64,000 nt of DNA from Marinicella sp. (GTDB lineage: Bacteria > Pseudomonadota > Gammaproteobacteria > Xanthomonadales > Marinicellaceae): assembly GCA_965230295.1 (NCBI GenBank), contig OZ246001.1:1248001-1312000 (forward strand), read 5' to 3'. The translations under genes were made by a program, and so were the position numbers. A model generated the notes under the pieces. It did no database searches and was not told the origin of the DNA. It worked only from the letters and a program-made list of their open reading frames with translations. Position 1 is the stretch's first letter; each line of letters opens with the position of its first letter. Positions 41,310 through 52,144 of the stretch are shown piece after piece.

Positions 41310-41423
41310 GTTATTGAGTCTGTGGTGGTCAAATTTGATTCCAGAATTCTAGCAGCTTTATCACAAAATACACAATGATTATCTAAGCTGGCCGACAATG
41401 TAATGCATCTGGTACCAAAATGC

Positions 41424-41446
41424 CTAGCGCCTGTTAACCGGTCTAA
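41424..41446. repeat. Degenerate second copy of the CTAG-GGCCTGTTAACAGGTC element
   Basis: CTAG-CGCCTGTTAACCGGTC-TAA; 14/16 core match to 18590-18605. Confidence 0.5.
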
Positions 41447-41648
41447 ATTGTTAAAATCTCATAAACCAGTCAGTTAGAATTCAGATTTTTTGTGTTATCA
41501 TCTACTGCTTTGGTCGTAGTGTGGTGTGTAAAAGGCCTGTCTTTTATCTGTACTCAGCCACCAAATGTCCAAAAAACACATGCCATTTCGGGAATACATA
41601 AAAATCTCGGCAACAGAACAATAATTAAAACTTATTAGAGGATAATTT

Positions 41649-43886
41649 ATGAATACTCAAACGAGTGAAGCTGAAACATATGATGACGATACACTCTGGG
41701 GACACCCCATAGGATTGTACGTTTGTTTTGCAACAGAGCTGTGGGAGCGCTTCTCATTCTATGGGATGAAATTTCTGCTGTTGTTGTACTTAACCAAGTA
41801 CCACTTATTCAGCGACACCAATGGTTTGAGTATTGTTGGGTCTTATGCAGGTTTGGTTTATGCCTTACCTTTGTTAGGTGGATTGTTGGCCGATCGCTAC
41901 CTGGGGATGCGTAAAGCCGTGATTTTTGGTGGCATTTTATTGGTACTGGGTCACTTATTGATGGCCGTAGAAGGCACCCAGGCGTCAATGGTTGGCGGTG
42001 AAGTGGTGCGTGATGATTTCGCCATCAATGTATTCTATCTGGCACTGGCCCTGATCGTAGTGGGCGTGGGGTTTTTAAAACCCAACATTTCAACCATCGT
42101 AGGCAAACTTTATCCTGATAATGACCCACGCCGTGATTCCGGATTCACCATCTTCTACCAAGGCATCAACATTGGCTCTTTTGTGGCCACCTTGATTTGT
42201 GCTTGGCTGGGTGAAACCTATGGTTGGAGTTATGGTTTTGGTGCCGCAGGTTTGGGTATGTTGATTGGACTGGTGACGTTTCTTTGGGGCCAAAAATACT
42301 TGTATGGTCATGCAGAACCGAACAACCCTGAGGTGTTGAAAGAGTCATTCTTAGGCCCTTTGAACAAAGAATGGGCCATCTATTTGTTTTCAGTTCTGGG
42401 CTTGGGCATTGTGTGGTTCCTGGTTCAAAAGATATCCATTGTTTTCTTCACCCAAAACTTATTCTTGTTGGCAGCCGTTGTTGGACTGATTTTCTACGCC
42501 ATGTACTACAAAAATGATGACCAAAACAAGGGTCTGGCGAAAATTTTTGCTGCTGTGATTGTGGTCTTTGGCTTGTTGACCGTATTCGGATTCACCACCG
42601 ATCATTTCCCTGACTCGGTATTCGGTACCATACCATTATTCAATACTTTGGCTCACAACATGGTGTGGATGTCTTATGTGCTGTTGGGCATGGTCATCGG
42701 CTTCAGCATTTATGGTTTCATCAAAACCAGCTCTGAAGATTACTCCAGAATGGTGGTGCTGCTGTTATTGATCATTTCAACGATTGTTTTTTGGGCCTTG
42801 TTTGAACAATCGGCCGGTTCCATGACCTTGTTTGCAGACCGCGTGATTGATCGGAAGATTGTCGACGCCAACTTAACCTCAGGAGATGCTTGGCAATTTT
42901 ATGTGACCGGAGCAGTGACTCTGGCCTTGGCTTTTTGGGGTTTCATCGCCTCAAATAACTACCGCAAATTGCATAACATACCGCTGATTGATTCATTGAA
43001 AGCATCTATCATGGTGGCAGTGATTGCGGTCATACTGTACCTGGCATTCAGCATGTATCAAGGTGGCACTGAATGGCTCGGCCATTTGTCCTATGTTGGC
43101 ATTTTCTTTTTGTTGTTGGCAGCGGTTACAGTGGCCATTGCGCTGGCTTTTGTGCTGATTGGATTTTTCTATAAACGTGATAAATCAAACGTCGTTTCAC
43201 AAATTGACGCCAGTGCTTCGGCAGCCAGTATCAACATCATTGCAATCACCCTGTTCCTGTTAGGCGGCTATGCCATTTATTTCGGGATCACAGAATTGGC
43301 AGGACTGGCAGATGGCCAAACACGGCCTTTGATCTTTGAACCCACCGCAGGTCAATACGGATCTTTGAATGCTTTATTTATTTTCACCCTGGCACCTGTA
43401 TTTGCTGCCTTGTGGGTGAAATTGGGCAAGATGAATTTAGACCCATCAACACCGGTCAAATTCTCTCTGGGTTTGATTCAAGTCGGCCTGGGTTTCGGTG
43501 CCTTGTTGATCGGAGCCATGACACCCGATGAAGCCGGGAAAGTGGCTTGGGTGTGGTTGATGTTTGCCTACTTATTACACACCACAGGGGAATTGAGTTT
43601 GTCTCCTGTGGGCTTATCTGCAGTAACCAAATTGTCGATCAAAAGTGTGGTCAGTTTGGTCATGGGTGTTTGGTTCCTGGCGACCTCCTTGTCAGAAGTG
43701 GTGGCGGTGTTACTGGCTAAGATTGCAGCCCTTGATACCGAAGAGCTGAACACATTAACGGTCACCCAACAACTGGATAAGTACAACGAACTGTGGAGCA
43801 CCTTGCTGTACTTGGGCGTCGGATTTGGCTTGGTCATGCTGATTGTTTCACCTTTATTGAAAAAAGGCATGAGAGGTATTCACTGA
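41649..43886 (+). CDS. Proton-dependent oligopeptide transporter (POT/PTR family), unusually long
   Basis: GHP.GL, ELWERFSFYG, GFLKPNIS, RRDSGFTIFY.GINIG, FWALFEQ and GELSLSPVGLS; 745 aa. Confidence 0.92.
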   Translation: MNTQTSEAETYDDDTLWGHPIGLYVCFATELWERFSFYGMKFLLLLYLTKYHLFSDTNGLSIVGSYAGLVYALPLLGGLLADRYLGMRKAVIFGGILLVLGHLLMAVEGTQASMVGGEVVRDDFAINVFYLALALIVVGVGFLKPNISTIVGKLYPDNDPRRDSGFTIFYQGINIGSFVATLICAWLGETYGWSYGFGAAGLGMLIGLVTFLWGQKYLYGHAEPNNPEVLKESFLGPLNKEWAIYLFSVLGLGIVWFLVQKISIVFFTQNLFLLAAVVGLIFYAMYYKNDDQNKGLAKIFAAVIVVFGLLTVFGFTTDHFPDSVFGTIPLFNTLAHNMVWMSYVLLGMVIGFSIYGFIKTSSEDYSRMVVLLLLIISTIVFWALFEQSAGSMTLFADRVIDRKIVDANLTSGDAWQFYVTGAVTLALAFWGFIASNNYRKLHNIPLIDSLKASIMVAVIAVILYLAFSMYQGGTEWLGHLSYVGIFFLLLAAVTVAIALAFVLIGFFYKRDKSNVVSQIDASASAASINIIAITLFLLGGYAIYFGITELAGLADGQTRPLIFEPTAGQYGSLNALFIFTLAPVFAALWVKLGKMNLDPSTPVKFSLGLIQVGLGFGALLIGAMTPDEAGKVAWVWLMFAYLLHTTGELSLSPVGLSAVTKLSIKSVVSLVMGVWFLATSLSEVVAVLLAKIAALDTEELNTLTVTQQLDKYNELWSTLLYLGVGFGLVMLIVSPLLKKGMRGIH

Positions 43887-43904
43887 TCACTTGTAAATAA
43901 GCGT

Positions 43905-43941
43905 AAAGCACCCATTGTTACTGTCATGGGTGCTTTTTTTA
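43905..43941 (+). terminator. Rho-independent terminator
   Basis: AAAGCACCCAT...ATGGGTGCTTTTTTT. Confidence 0.8.
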
Positions 43942-43959
43942 TACCTGAATCATTGAAAT

Positions 43960-44262
43960 ATGCCGCTGTATACTTACGAAAACAAACATGAAGACCAACA
44001 CTGTACCTATTGCTTGGGTGGTTTTGATGTGATGCAAAAATTATCTGATCCGGTATTCACCCACTGCACTTACTGTGGCAGCCCCATCAAAAAAGTGATC
44101 AAAGCAGTAAACCTCAAGGGCCAAACCACTGCCTCACCCAACAGCACTTTGAGCGAAAAGAACATCGCCAAGCAAGGTTTCACCCAATACCGCAAAGTCA
44201 GCAAAGGTCAGTACGAAAAAACCGCCGGCAAAGGCCCCGACACCATTCAGTCTGAAGAATAA
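43960..44262 (+). CDS. FmdB-family zinc-ribbon protein
   Basis: MPLYTY...CTYC...F...Q...CTYCG. Confidence 0.85.
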   Translation: MPLYTYENKHEDQHCTYCLGGFDVMQKLSDPVFTHCTYCGSPIKKVIKAVNLKGQTTASPNSTLSEKNIAKQGFTQYRKVSKGQYEKTAGKGPDTIQSEE

Positions 44263-44362
44263 TCTGAATAGCTGATTGCGAACACCAGAAGTCCTAACTT
44301 TTCACAAATAATCCACAATTTGATGGTAGAATCAGTGCCTTTTTAAACTGTTGGGAGACACC

Positions 44363-45124
44363 ATGAAAAAATTATTCACTGCAGCGTTGATCGCTGGCTT
44401 GGCATTCACAGCACAAGCAGATGACCACAAGAAATCGACTGAAGATTTAATTAAAATGGCGATGGAATCAGAACTGCGCACCGAAGCAGAAACCGACCGT
44501 GATCGCAACCGCAGACCCGTTCAGACCTTGGCCTTTTTGGGCCTTGAACACGACATGAAAGTGGTTGAGCTGCTACCTGGCGGTGGCTGGTATACAAAAA
44601 TTCTGGCACCCGTTTTGAAAGATGACGGTGAATTGATCGTGGCCTTAGGCACTTCACGAGCCAGTAAACTGATTGAAGAAAACGAGTCATTATCACACGT
44701 TAAAATTGGTGCGCCAGATTCAAACATCTATCGCAAAGAAGGTGCTCGATTTTATTCTTTAGAAAATGGTGATTTGGGCGTCAAAAAAGCCGACATGGTG
44801 TTGACCTTCAGAAACTACCATAACTTTGCTGAAGATGGGCGCCAAGCCATGAACGATGTGGCTTGGGATGCACTGAAAATGGGTGGTATCTATGGTGTGG
44901 TTGATCACACCAGGCGTCACATGGAAGGTGAAAACAGTGAAAACCGCAGACGTTTTGATCCAGTCAAAGCCATCTTGGAAATTCAAGCAGCTGGGTTTGA
45001 GTTGGTTGATTTTTCTGACTTGCACTACCGTGCTGATGATGAATTGGAGTACGAAGTGGGTAGAAAATCTGTGACCGGCAACACCGACCGATTCACCTTA
45101 AAATTCAAAAAAGTGAAAAAATAA
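44363..45124 (+). CDS. Exported class I SAM-methyltransferase-like protein
   Basis: Signal peptide ending AQA-D; RD..R.P..TL.F, VVELLPGGGWYT, TFRNYH, GVVDH and TDRFTLKF. Confidence 0.8.
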   Translation: MKKLFTAALIAGLAFTAQADDHKKSTEDLIKMAMESELRTEAETDRDRNRRPVQTLAFLGLEHDMKVVELLPGGGWYTKILAPVLKDDGELIVALGTSRASKLIEENESLSHVKIGAPDSNIYRKEGARFYSLENGDLGVKKADMVLTFRNYHNFAEDGRQAMNDVAWDALKMGGIYGVVDHTRRHMEGENSENRRRFDPVKAILEIQAAGFELVDFSDLHYRADDELEYEVGRKSVTGNTDRFTLKFKKVKK

Positions 45125-45139
45125 ACTTTGATCTAAACC

Positions 45140-45172
45140 AAAAAAAGGCCACCTCATCAGGTGGCTTTTTTT
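45140..45172. terminator. Bidirectional rho-independent terminator
   Basis: A-run, GCCACCT-CATC-AGGTGGC, T-run, between convergent genes. Confidence 0.85.
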
Positions 45173-45194
45173 ATTTGTATGTCAATTCAGACGT

Positions 45195-46061
45195 TCAGAC
45201 CCCATCTCTGAAAGGGTTACAGGCATCTTTATCACCGGTTTGTAATCCACGTTTCAGCCACTTAACCCGTTGTTCCGATGAACCGTGGGTAAAGGCTTCC
45301 ACATTGACCCGACGACCCGCTCTGGATTGAATGGTGTCATCACCAATGGAGGCTGCGGCCCTTAACCCTTCTTCGACATCGCCAGGTTCAAGCATGTTTT
45401 GTTTCTTGTTGGCATGGTGTGCCCACACACCAGCCAAACAATCGGCCTGTAACTCCATCATCACTGACAGTTGATTCACTTCAGCTTTTGAATTGGCCTC
45501 TCTTTGCCACTGTCTCACTTGTCTTTCAGTGCCTGTGATGTTTTGGATGTGGTGGCCCACCTCATGCCCAATCACATAAGCCCGAGCAAAGTCACCTGGC
45601 GCTCCCATCCGCTCCAATTGTCTGAAAAAACCCAAAGACAAATAGACTTTGCTGTCACCTGGGCAGTAAAAAGGTCCCACTGCTTCTGAATTGATACCAC
45701 ACCTGGACTGCACCTGGCCGTCGAACAACACCATAGATGGGGGTTGATACTGTTGGCCAGCTTGGCGGTAAATTTGGGTCCACATGTCCTCGGTTGAAGC
45801 AAAGATCACATTAGAAAAATCTGCTTGTTCTTTTTCAGCCGCAGATTGTTGTTTGGGGATCTGTACTTGTTGTTGGCTGCTGCCACCACCTTGCTGCATG
45901 ATATTACCTAACAAAGACAGTGGGTTTTGCCCAGTGATCACTGCAAATATCAGCGCAATGATGATCATGCCACCCGATAATTTCGCACCTCCTCGAACCA
46001 CACCACCTTTACCTCGGCGGTCTTCAACTCGAGTACTTCTTCTATGACCTTTCCAACGCAT
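45195..46061 (-). CDS. Neutral zinc metallopeptidase, YpfJ-like
   Basis: MRW.G.R.S..VEDRRG, GPFYCPGD, HEVGHH, ELQADC and FTHGSS.QR. Confidence 0.9.
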   Translation of the reverse strand: MRWKGHRRSTRVEDRRGKGGVVRGGAKLSGGMIIIALIFAVITGQNPLSLLGNIMQQGGGSSQQQVQIPKQQSAAEKEQADFSNVIFASTEDMWTQIYRQAGQQYQPPSMVLFDGQVQSRCGINSEAVGPFYCPGDSKVYLSLGFFRQLERMGAPGDFARAYVIGHEVGHHIQNITGTERQVRQWQREANSKAEVNQLSVMMELQADCLAGVWAHHANKKQNMLEPGDVEEGLRAAASIGDDTIQSRAGRRVNVEAFTHGSSEQRVKWLKRGLQTGDKDACNPFRDGV

Positions 46062-46113
46062 ACCAAAAACCTGAAAATGAAAAGCAATTAGTATACCGTA
46101 AATTATCTGATGG

Positions 46114-47283
46114 TTATTTCACTTCATGGTTAAATTTTGTAAACGCCAGGTAAAGTGCCAACAGCGCCAATGCATATAAAGCCACTTGGTGGTTCACCAC
46201 ATCTGCCAATGTGCCACCGAAATACATCAACTTGTGCAAGGCATCCATGACCCATCCAGTGGGTAAAAACATCGCTAATTTTTGCATCCATTCCGGCGCC
46301 ACTTCGATGGGCCACCAACAACCACCCAATGCAGCCAGCAGCATAGACACAATAACCGGTATGCCATTGATTTGGCCTTCATTTTTTGCCACTGAACCCA
46401 TGAAAATTGAGAAGCCGGCACAGGCAGCAGCCCAGGCCATCAACAAAATAAATATCATCAACCAATGCTCTCCCCAATGGATACTGAACAACAATGAACC
46501 CATGATCATGCCGTAAATCAATTGACATGTGGCCAGCATCCATTTACCCAACCACTTGCCAAAAATCAATTGTTGTTGGCTGATGGGTGCTGCTGATAAC
46601 CTTTTTAAAACACCGGTTTTACGCTCTAAAAACAAGGACAATGCACCACTGGTTAAAGCAATCATCATGATGAACATCACCAAAATACCAGGAACGGCTT
46701 GCTTGAAACCGGTAGGTATTTCTTTTTGTTGGCCGGCATCATCAATGACCAAGTCGATCATTCTTGGCTGTTCATTGGCTTGGGTAAAATCCAGTTGTTG
46801 CCAATTATTGGCATCAATTTTTCTCAGGATCAACAAATCACCCAAGGTTTGATAAATTGCTTTGCTGAGCTTGAACTCATGAAAATCACCACCCATGCCA
46901 TCGGCATCAATCAGGTATTTAAGCTCCAATTGTTCTCCAGCAGCCATCTGCGCTTTTAAATTGTCAGGAACCCACAACTGGCGACTGTAATCTTCAAACT
47001 TCCATTTTTCATTGTACAAAGTCTGTTCAGGGCTGAATACCCGCAACAGGTAATCTTCAACTTCAAGCCGGTGTTGCAGTTGGATAAACACCGGATCTTC
47101 TTGATCTCCTTCATACCAGACAGCCAGCGTGCTTTTGCTGCCTGAGCCACCACTGAACCCTTGGGTGGTGGTGCCAATGAAGGCAAAAAACACCAAGGGC
47201 ATGACAAACAACCAAACCAACACCGTCTTGTCTTTCAAGGTGTAAATGAAATCTTTGTGGGCGATCAACCATATTTTTTTCAT
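46114..47283 (-). CDS. ABC-2 type exporter permease
   Basis: TM, large periplasmic loop, then 5 TM; ER..G.L.RL...P and LGGCWWP. Confidence 0.85.
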   Translation of the reverse strand: MKKIWLIAHKDFIYTLKDKTVLVWLFVMPLVFFAFIGTTTQGFSGGSGSKSTLAVWYEGDQEDPVFIQLQHRLEVEDYLLRVFSPEQTLYNEKWKFEDYSRQLWVPDNLKAQMAAGEQLELKYLIDADGMGGDFHEFKLSKAIYQTLGDLLILRKIDANNWQQLDFTQANEQPRMIDLVIDDAGQQKEIPTGFKQAVPGILVMFIMMIALTSGALSLFLERKTGVLKRLSAAPISQQQLIFGKWLGKWMLATCQLIYGMIMGSLLFSIHWGEHWLMIFILLMAWAAACAGFSIFMGSVAKNEGQINGIPVIVSMLLAALGGCWWPIEVAPEWMQKLAMFLPTGWVMDALHKLMYFGGTLADVVNHQVALYALALLALYLAFTKFNHEVK

Positions 47284-47293
47284 CTCAGACTCC

Positions 47294-48547
47294 TTATACC
47301 TTGTAAATCAATTGTTTGATCAAGATGCGATTCAACAACCAAAATACCAACACCATGCCCAGCGCCAACAAAGCAGGTAGCAGCATTGCATCCAAAACGG
47401 GTTCTTGTCGCAACATCCAATCCTTCAAACCTTTCAATAAAAACCCATTGGGCAGGAATTGTCCCATGCCGGCCAACCAGGGTGGCATACTTTCCATAGG
47501 AAAGAAACTACCACCGAGCATCAACATTGGGAAGGTGGTGGCATTGATGGTGATGTTGGCCACTTTGGATGTGGGCATCAATAAGGCAATGACGGCAAAC
47601 AGCAAATAAATGACCACCCCGGAAAAAACCAGCCAGACCACCATCAAGGGAATTTTTGCCAGCGGTAATGCAAAATACCAACCACCCAACATCGCCAATA
47701 CCACCACAATCAGGATAAACACCCACAAAGCACCAGTCACCTGACCATTGAAATAGGCATTGAGGGCAGCAGGCGTGGAAGACAAACGGGGTATAACTCC
47801 ATTGTTGGCATCATCCCAAATGGACACTGCCAATGAATTGGCAGAAAAGATCAATGCCATAAAAATAGCCCCTGGAAACATCAACAAACCAAAAGTGATG
47901 GTTTGCTTGTCTTCTTCCTGAACCGACTCGACCACTTGTTCAACCAATTTCAACTGCGGTGGGAAGATGGTTTCTTCTAAACGTTCGATTTGTTGTTTAA
48001 TCCCTAAAGTCAAAACCACCAAATCGGCATCGTTAAATTTCTGGGTCTCCAACATAGGTTTTAGTACGGCCAACTCTTTTTCAAACACAATCTGCATGTA
48101 AGTCGCCGCATCGACCAATAGTTTCATTGAGGTCTCGACCATTTGTGGCAATATGGTCTGGGCAGGATTTTTCACCAATGTTAATTGGGTGCTTTTGTTT
48201 TCAAGAAAGGCTTCACCAAACCCTGCTTCGATTGAAATCCAGGCACTGGCTTCTCCTGCATCCATCATGGCACGACCTTCTGTTTCTTTCACTTGTTCTA
48301 AAGTAAAAATTTCTGCCAACGGTCCCTGGGTAAACCCGCCGGCCAGAAATTGTGAAACAACAGATTGGTCATGATCAGTGATTAATAAGCGACCCGTGAG
48401 TTTTCCACTGCCAGTCCCTGCAATCAAGCTCATCAAAAACACGATAATGATGGGTATGGCCAACCATGAAATCAGTCCCCATTTTTCTCTAATAACGCGC
48501 TTTACGCGGATGTTGGCTACGGTTATGGGCATGTTGTTAGCGCTCAT
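47294..48547 (-). CDS. ABC-2 type exporter permease
   Basis: Same topology; ITDHDQS and LGGSFFP.E.MP. Confidence 0.85.
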   Translation of the reverse strand: MSANNMPITVANIRVKRVIREKWGLISWLAIPIIIVFLMSLIAGTGSGKLTGRLLITDHDQSVVSQFLAGGFTQGPLAEIFTLEQVKETEGRAMMDAGEASAWISIEAGFGEAFLENKSTQLTLVKNPAQTILPQMVETSMKLLVDAATYMQIVFEKELAVLKPMLETQKFNDADLVVLTLGIKQQIERLEETIFPPQLKLVEQVVESVQEEDKQTITFGLLMFPGAIFMALIFSANSLAVSIWDDANNGVIPRLSSTPAALNAYFNGQVTGALWVFILIVVVLAMLGGWYFALPLAKIPLMVVWLVFSGVVIYLLFAVIALLMPTSKVANITINATTFPMLMLGGSFFPMESMPPWLAGMGQFLPNGFLLKGLKDWMLRQEPVLDAMLLPALLALGMVLVFWLLNRILIKQLIYKV

Positions 48548-48549
48548 GT

Positions 48550-49473
48550 TCAGTCCCTCAGCTCGCGTCCAGTCAGCTTAATAAAGAGGCTTTCCAAATT
48601 GGCTTGTTGTACCGCTGTTTGCTTAACTTGCCCGGCGTCAAACTGAGCCAAGATGTTGGATAATTGAGCAGCTGCCTGGTCTGCCATAAAACGTATGGTT
48701 TGATCGTGCCATTCAATCAATTCAAATCCCTCAACCACATTCTCCAGCATTGATTGGTTGGCCTGATTGAATTCACCTTGCAATGTGATCAAGTCCTTTT
48801 CACCCATTTGGCTTCGCAATTCATCAACGGTACCTACAGCAATGATTTTTCCATGGTCAATGATGCCAATGCTATCACAGACCCTTTCAGCCTCCTCCAT
48901 ATAATGGGTGGTATACAGCACCGCAGTCCCCTGTGCTTTCAAATTTTCAACAGCCACCAATAAATGCTCTCTGGATTGCGGATCTACCCCTACAGTTGGC
49001 TCGTCCAACAGCAGGGCTTTGGGTTCATGCAAGATGGCACAAGCGAAATTCAACCGCCGTTTCATGCCGCCAGAATAGGTGTTAACCAAATCTTTGGCAC
49101 GTGATTCCAAACCCACTTGCTGCAGCACCGTTTTGATGCGCTGCTGCAATTGGTTGCCAGATAAGCCATAAGCCTGACCCCAAAAGTTTAGATTTTCCTG
49201 ACCATTCAGGTCTTCATACAAAGCCAAATCCTGTGGCACCAAGCCCAAAGAGGCTTTGGCCTTAATGGCCTCCCCAAGGACTGAATAGTCGTTGATATAA
49301 ACTGAGCCTTCGGTGGGTTGCAACAAACCGGAAATACAATTAATGGTGGTTGATTTACCAGCCCCATTGGGGCCTAATAGGCCAAATATTTCTCCTGTAT
49401 TTACCGCAAAGTTGATGTCCTCGGCAGCCGTGATTTGGCCGTAATTCTTGGTCAATGCTTCAATCTTTATCAT
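48550..49473 (-). CDS. ABC exporter ATP-binding protein
   Basis: GPNGAGKST, YSGGMKRR, LLLDEPT and TTHYMEE. Confidence 0.93.
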   Translation of the reverse strand: MIKIEALTKNYGQITAAEDINFAVNTGEIFGLLGPNGAGKSTTINCISGLLQPTEGSVYINDYSVLGEAIKAKASLGLVPQDLALYEDLNGQENLNFWGQAYGLSGNQLQQRIKTVLQQVGLESRAKDLVNTYSGGMKRRLNFACAILHEPKALLLDEPTVGVDPQSREHLLVAVENLKAQGTAVLYTTHYMEEAERVCDSIGIIDHGKIIAVGTVDELRSQMGEKDLITLQGEFNQANQSMLENVVEGFELIEWHDQTIRFMADQAAAQLSNILAQFDAGQVKQTAVQQANLESLFIKLTGRELRD

Positions 49474-49708
49474 TGTTTGGTTCCATAAATTGAATTGATA
49501 TCTGGTGTCTTTCGATGAATGTTCTGCTTAATATAGCTCATTTTATTTTGTCATGATGTACCACAATTGCGAACCAGGCATTGATAGATATCGTCAGTCT
49601 GTGTGGTTCAACAGCCAGCAACGCAACATTCCATGAGGGCCATAACTATTAACTATCATACCATCAAAATGTTACAATGCTGTGCGTCTATTAATTGAGT
49701 TTTATGCG

Positions 49709-49999
49709 GTGAAATGGCTGAATATCATACTGGCTGTCCTGATTCTGTGGGCTTTGTTTCAACAGCAGTTTGGTGATGGTGGTCGCAAAGAACTCAAAGA
49801 GAAACAAATACTCTTGAACCAACAACAAGCAGAAATTGAGTCCCTCAAGCTTCGCAACGAACAACTGGCTGCTGAAGTCAACAGTTTAAAAACTGGTTTA
49901 GATGCCATTGAAGAACGGGCTCGTGCCGAATTGGGCATGATCAAAGAAGACGAAACTTTCATACAAGTGATCAACCAACCAGAAAGCGATGACAACTGA
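49709..49999 (+). CDS. ftsB: Cell division protein FtsB
   Basis: TM, GDGG, coiled coil and IEERARAELGMIK..ETF; upstream of ispD. GTG start at 49709 (alternative 49682). Confidence 0.9.
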   Translation: MKWLNIILAVLILWALFQQQFGDGGRKELKEKQILLNQQQAEIESLKLRNEQLAAEVNSLKTGLDAIEERARAELGMIKEDETFIQVINQPESDDN

Positions 50000-50741
50000 T
50001 ATAACGCAAACCATTCATATCATCATTGCCGCTGCCGGCATTGGTAGCCGTTTTCAACAAACCCAAAGTGATCATTTCAAACAGAGCACCCCCAAGCAGT
50101 ATGAACTCATAGGCTCATTACCGGTGCTGGCTCACAGCATTCAAGCATTTGACGACATCCAGGTAGCAGGCGCCCTGGTGGCTGGTATCACTGTGGTGCT
50201 ACACCCGGAAGACCGACACTGGCAACAATTGGCTGAAATTCAGAGTAAACATGCCATCAGCACAGTCAATGGCGGCACACAAAGACATGACTCAGTACGC
50301 AATGGCATCAGGTCATTACAGGCACAATACCCAAATTGGGCCAATGACTGGGTTATGGTCCATGATGCAGCCAGACCATGTGTGACCACCGCTGAAATCA
50401 ACGACCTCATGGCAGCCTGCATTGAACAACACAAGGGTGGCTTATTGGTTAAACCCATGAGTGACACCATCAAAACATCAATGAATGGAGAGACGGTTAA
50501 AAAAACCATTGACCGCAGTCAATTGTATGCAGCACTGACTCCACAAATGTTTAAGTGCGGCGACTTGCTCAAAGCCTTAACTGTTTTTGAAGCTGACAGC
50601 ATCACCGATGAATCTTCTGCGATTGAGGCACAAGGTCAAAACCCCATCATGGTCACTGGCAAAAACACCAACATTAAAATCACCCAATACGATGATTTGA
50701 TGTTGGCCAAAACGATTTTAGAACAACAAGGGAGGCTTTGA
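49989..50741 (+). CDS. ispD: 2-C-methyl-D-erythritol 4-phosphate cytidylyltransferase
   Basis: [22 protein letters not shown] and NIKIT. Confidence 0.94.
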   Translation: MTTDITQTIHIIIAAAGIGSRFQQTQSDHFKQSTPKQYELIGSLPVLAHSIQAFDDIQVAGALVAGITVVLHPEDRHWQQLAEIQSKHAISTVNGGTQRHDSVRNGIRSLQAQYPNWANDWVMVHDAARPCVTTAEINDLMAACIEQHKGGLLVKPMSDTIKTSMNGETVKKTIDRSQLYAALTPQMFKCGDLLKALTVFEADSITDESSAIEAQGQNPIMVTGKNTNIKITQYDDLMLAKTILEQQGRL

Positions 50742-51214
50742 TGCGGATTGGAACCGGTTTTGATGTTCACGCTTTTGGTCCAGGTTCATTCCTGACCCTG
50801 GGTAACGTGAAGATACCCTATGAACATGGGTTTGTGGCTCACTCAGACGGTGATGTATTGATCCATGCCATTTGTGATGCCCTTTTGGGTGCTTGTGCCC
50901 TGGGTGACATTGGACAACACTTTCCACCTTCTGATCCACAATGGCAAGACTGTGACAGCACTGTCTTCCTGAATCATTGCCAACAATTGGTTCAACAACA
51001 AGGTTACCTAATCGGCAACATCGATTGCACGATCATTGCCGAGCAGCCCAAAATGCAGCCACACATCCCAGCCATCAGATCAAGACTGGCTGAGTTGCTT
51101 AAGGTTGAACTGAATCAAGTCAGCGTCAAAGCCACCACCACTGAACGCCTGGGGTTCACAGGCCGCCGAGAGGGGGTAGCCGTTCAAACCGTTTGTTTGT
51201 TACTCGAAAGATGA
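50738..51214 (+). CDS. ispF: 2-C-methyl-D-erythritol 2,4-cyclodiphosphate synthase
   Basis: [25 protein letters not shown] and [13 protein letters not shown]. Confidence 0.96.
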   Translation: MMRIGTGFDVHAFGPGSFLTLGNVKIPYEHGFVAHSDGDVLIHAICDALLGACALGDIGQHFPPSDPQWQDCDSTVFLNHCQQLVQQQGYLIGNIDCTIIAEQPKMQPHIPAIRSRLAELLKVELNQVSVKATTTERLGFTGRREGVAVQTVCLLLER

Positions 51215-52045
51215 TTTATAGATGGTATCAAACCGGTATTGGAAATAATTCTCATAGGTATTTTGTACCAACACATCATAACCCTCAGCGGTCAAATGAA
51301 AACAATCAGTGACGATGCCAAAATTCAAACGCATGGATTCTACCGGGCTCGGTAGTGTCATGTCACCAGGCGGCTGTAGATCTCCTGGCTGAATATTTTG
51401 GTCAGGAAACCCATATAGATTTTGCATCAAGCCAAAATGACTGACATGAGAAACCCTGGGGTTGTTGGTGGCTACTGAGGTAAACGCCTGTTCAAACGAG
51501 GCTCCAATGTTATTCAACTCCAGCGGCGTTGGTTGCCCCAGACTGTTGTGTAAATTGACACAGAAAAAACTACCAGGCCCGGTCAACGAATCAACAAAAT
51601 TGGCATAATCATAAAAACTTAATATGACTTCTATTTTTATGTCATGGCTCAAAATGTGGTCCACCACCAACTGTAAATCTGCGGTGATTTGATTTTGTAA
51701 ATCCGTCACTTGCATGGGTGTCATAGATGTGTCCCATTGATCCAATACATCATTACCGCCTAAAGTCAGTTGTACGGTATCTATATCTGGATTGGCATTC
51801 AGCGCATCGGTAATTTTCTGCAACTCTGAAGGGGCCACCCATTCTGCAGCCGTAGAACCACTGATGGCAACAGTGTCTCCTTCACTGATGTATTGGGGAT
51901 AACCATTGACGGCAAAAACGGCATCGTGAACACCATCTTCCCATTGTTGCTCCGCCCAACTGTCTCCAACTATCAGTACCCGGGTGGTTTGTGCCGCACA
52001 AGCCAATGACATCAGCATCAAGATGATGATAAAAATCTTTTTCAT
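51200..52045 (-). CDS. Secreted SGNH/GDSL hydrolase with C-terminal DTIYKSSFE tail
   Basis: Signal peptide, GDSW, LGGND and DCFHL (DxxH). Confidence 0.85.
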   Translation of the reverse strand: MKKIFIIILMLMSLACAAQTTRVLIVGDSWAEQQWEDGVHDAVFAVNGYPQYISEGDTVAISGSTAAEWVAPSELQKITDALNANPDIDTVQLTLGGNDVLDQWDTSMTPMQVTDLQNQITADLQLVVDHILSHDIKIEVILSFYDYANFVDSLTGPGSFFCVNLHNSLGQPTPLELNNIGASFEQAFTSVATNNPRVSHVSHFGLMQNLYGFPDQNIQPGDLQPPGDMTLPSPVESMRLNFGIVTDCFHLTAEGYDVLVQNTYENYFQYRFDTIYKSSFE

Positions 52046-52144
52046 TCTAGAATTCTCTCTCTTTAAGGTGCAGTGGATTGATTAACTGTTACAATGTCAT
52101 TTAAAAAATAATCCAATGGTGTCAGCCTACTCAATCTCATTATT

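Noticed and set aside
46114-49473. ABC exporter trio as part of a bacteriocin or RiPP cluster
   Set aside because: No precursor or modifying enzyme is adjacent; it is an ordinary ABC-2 exporter operon.
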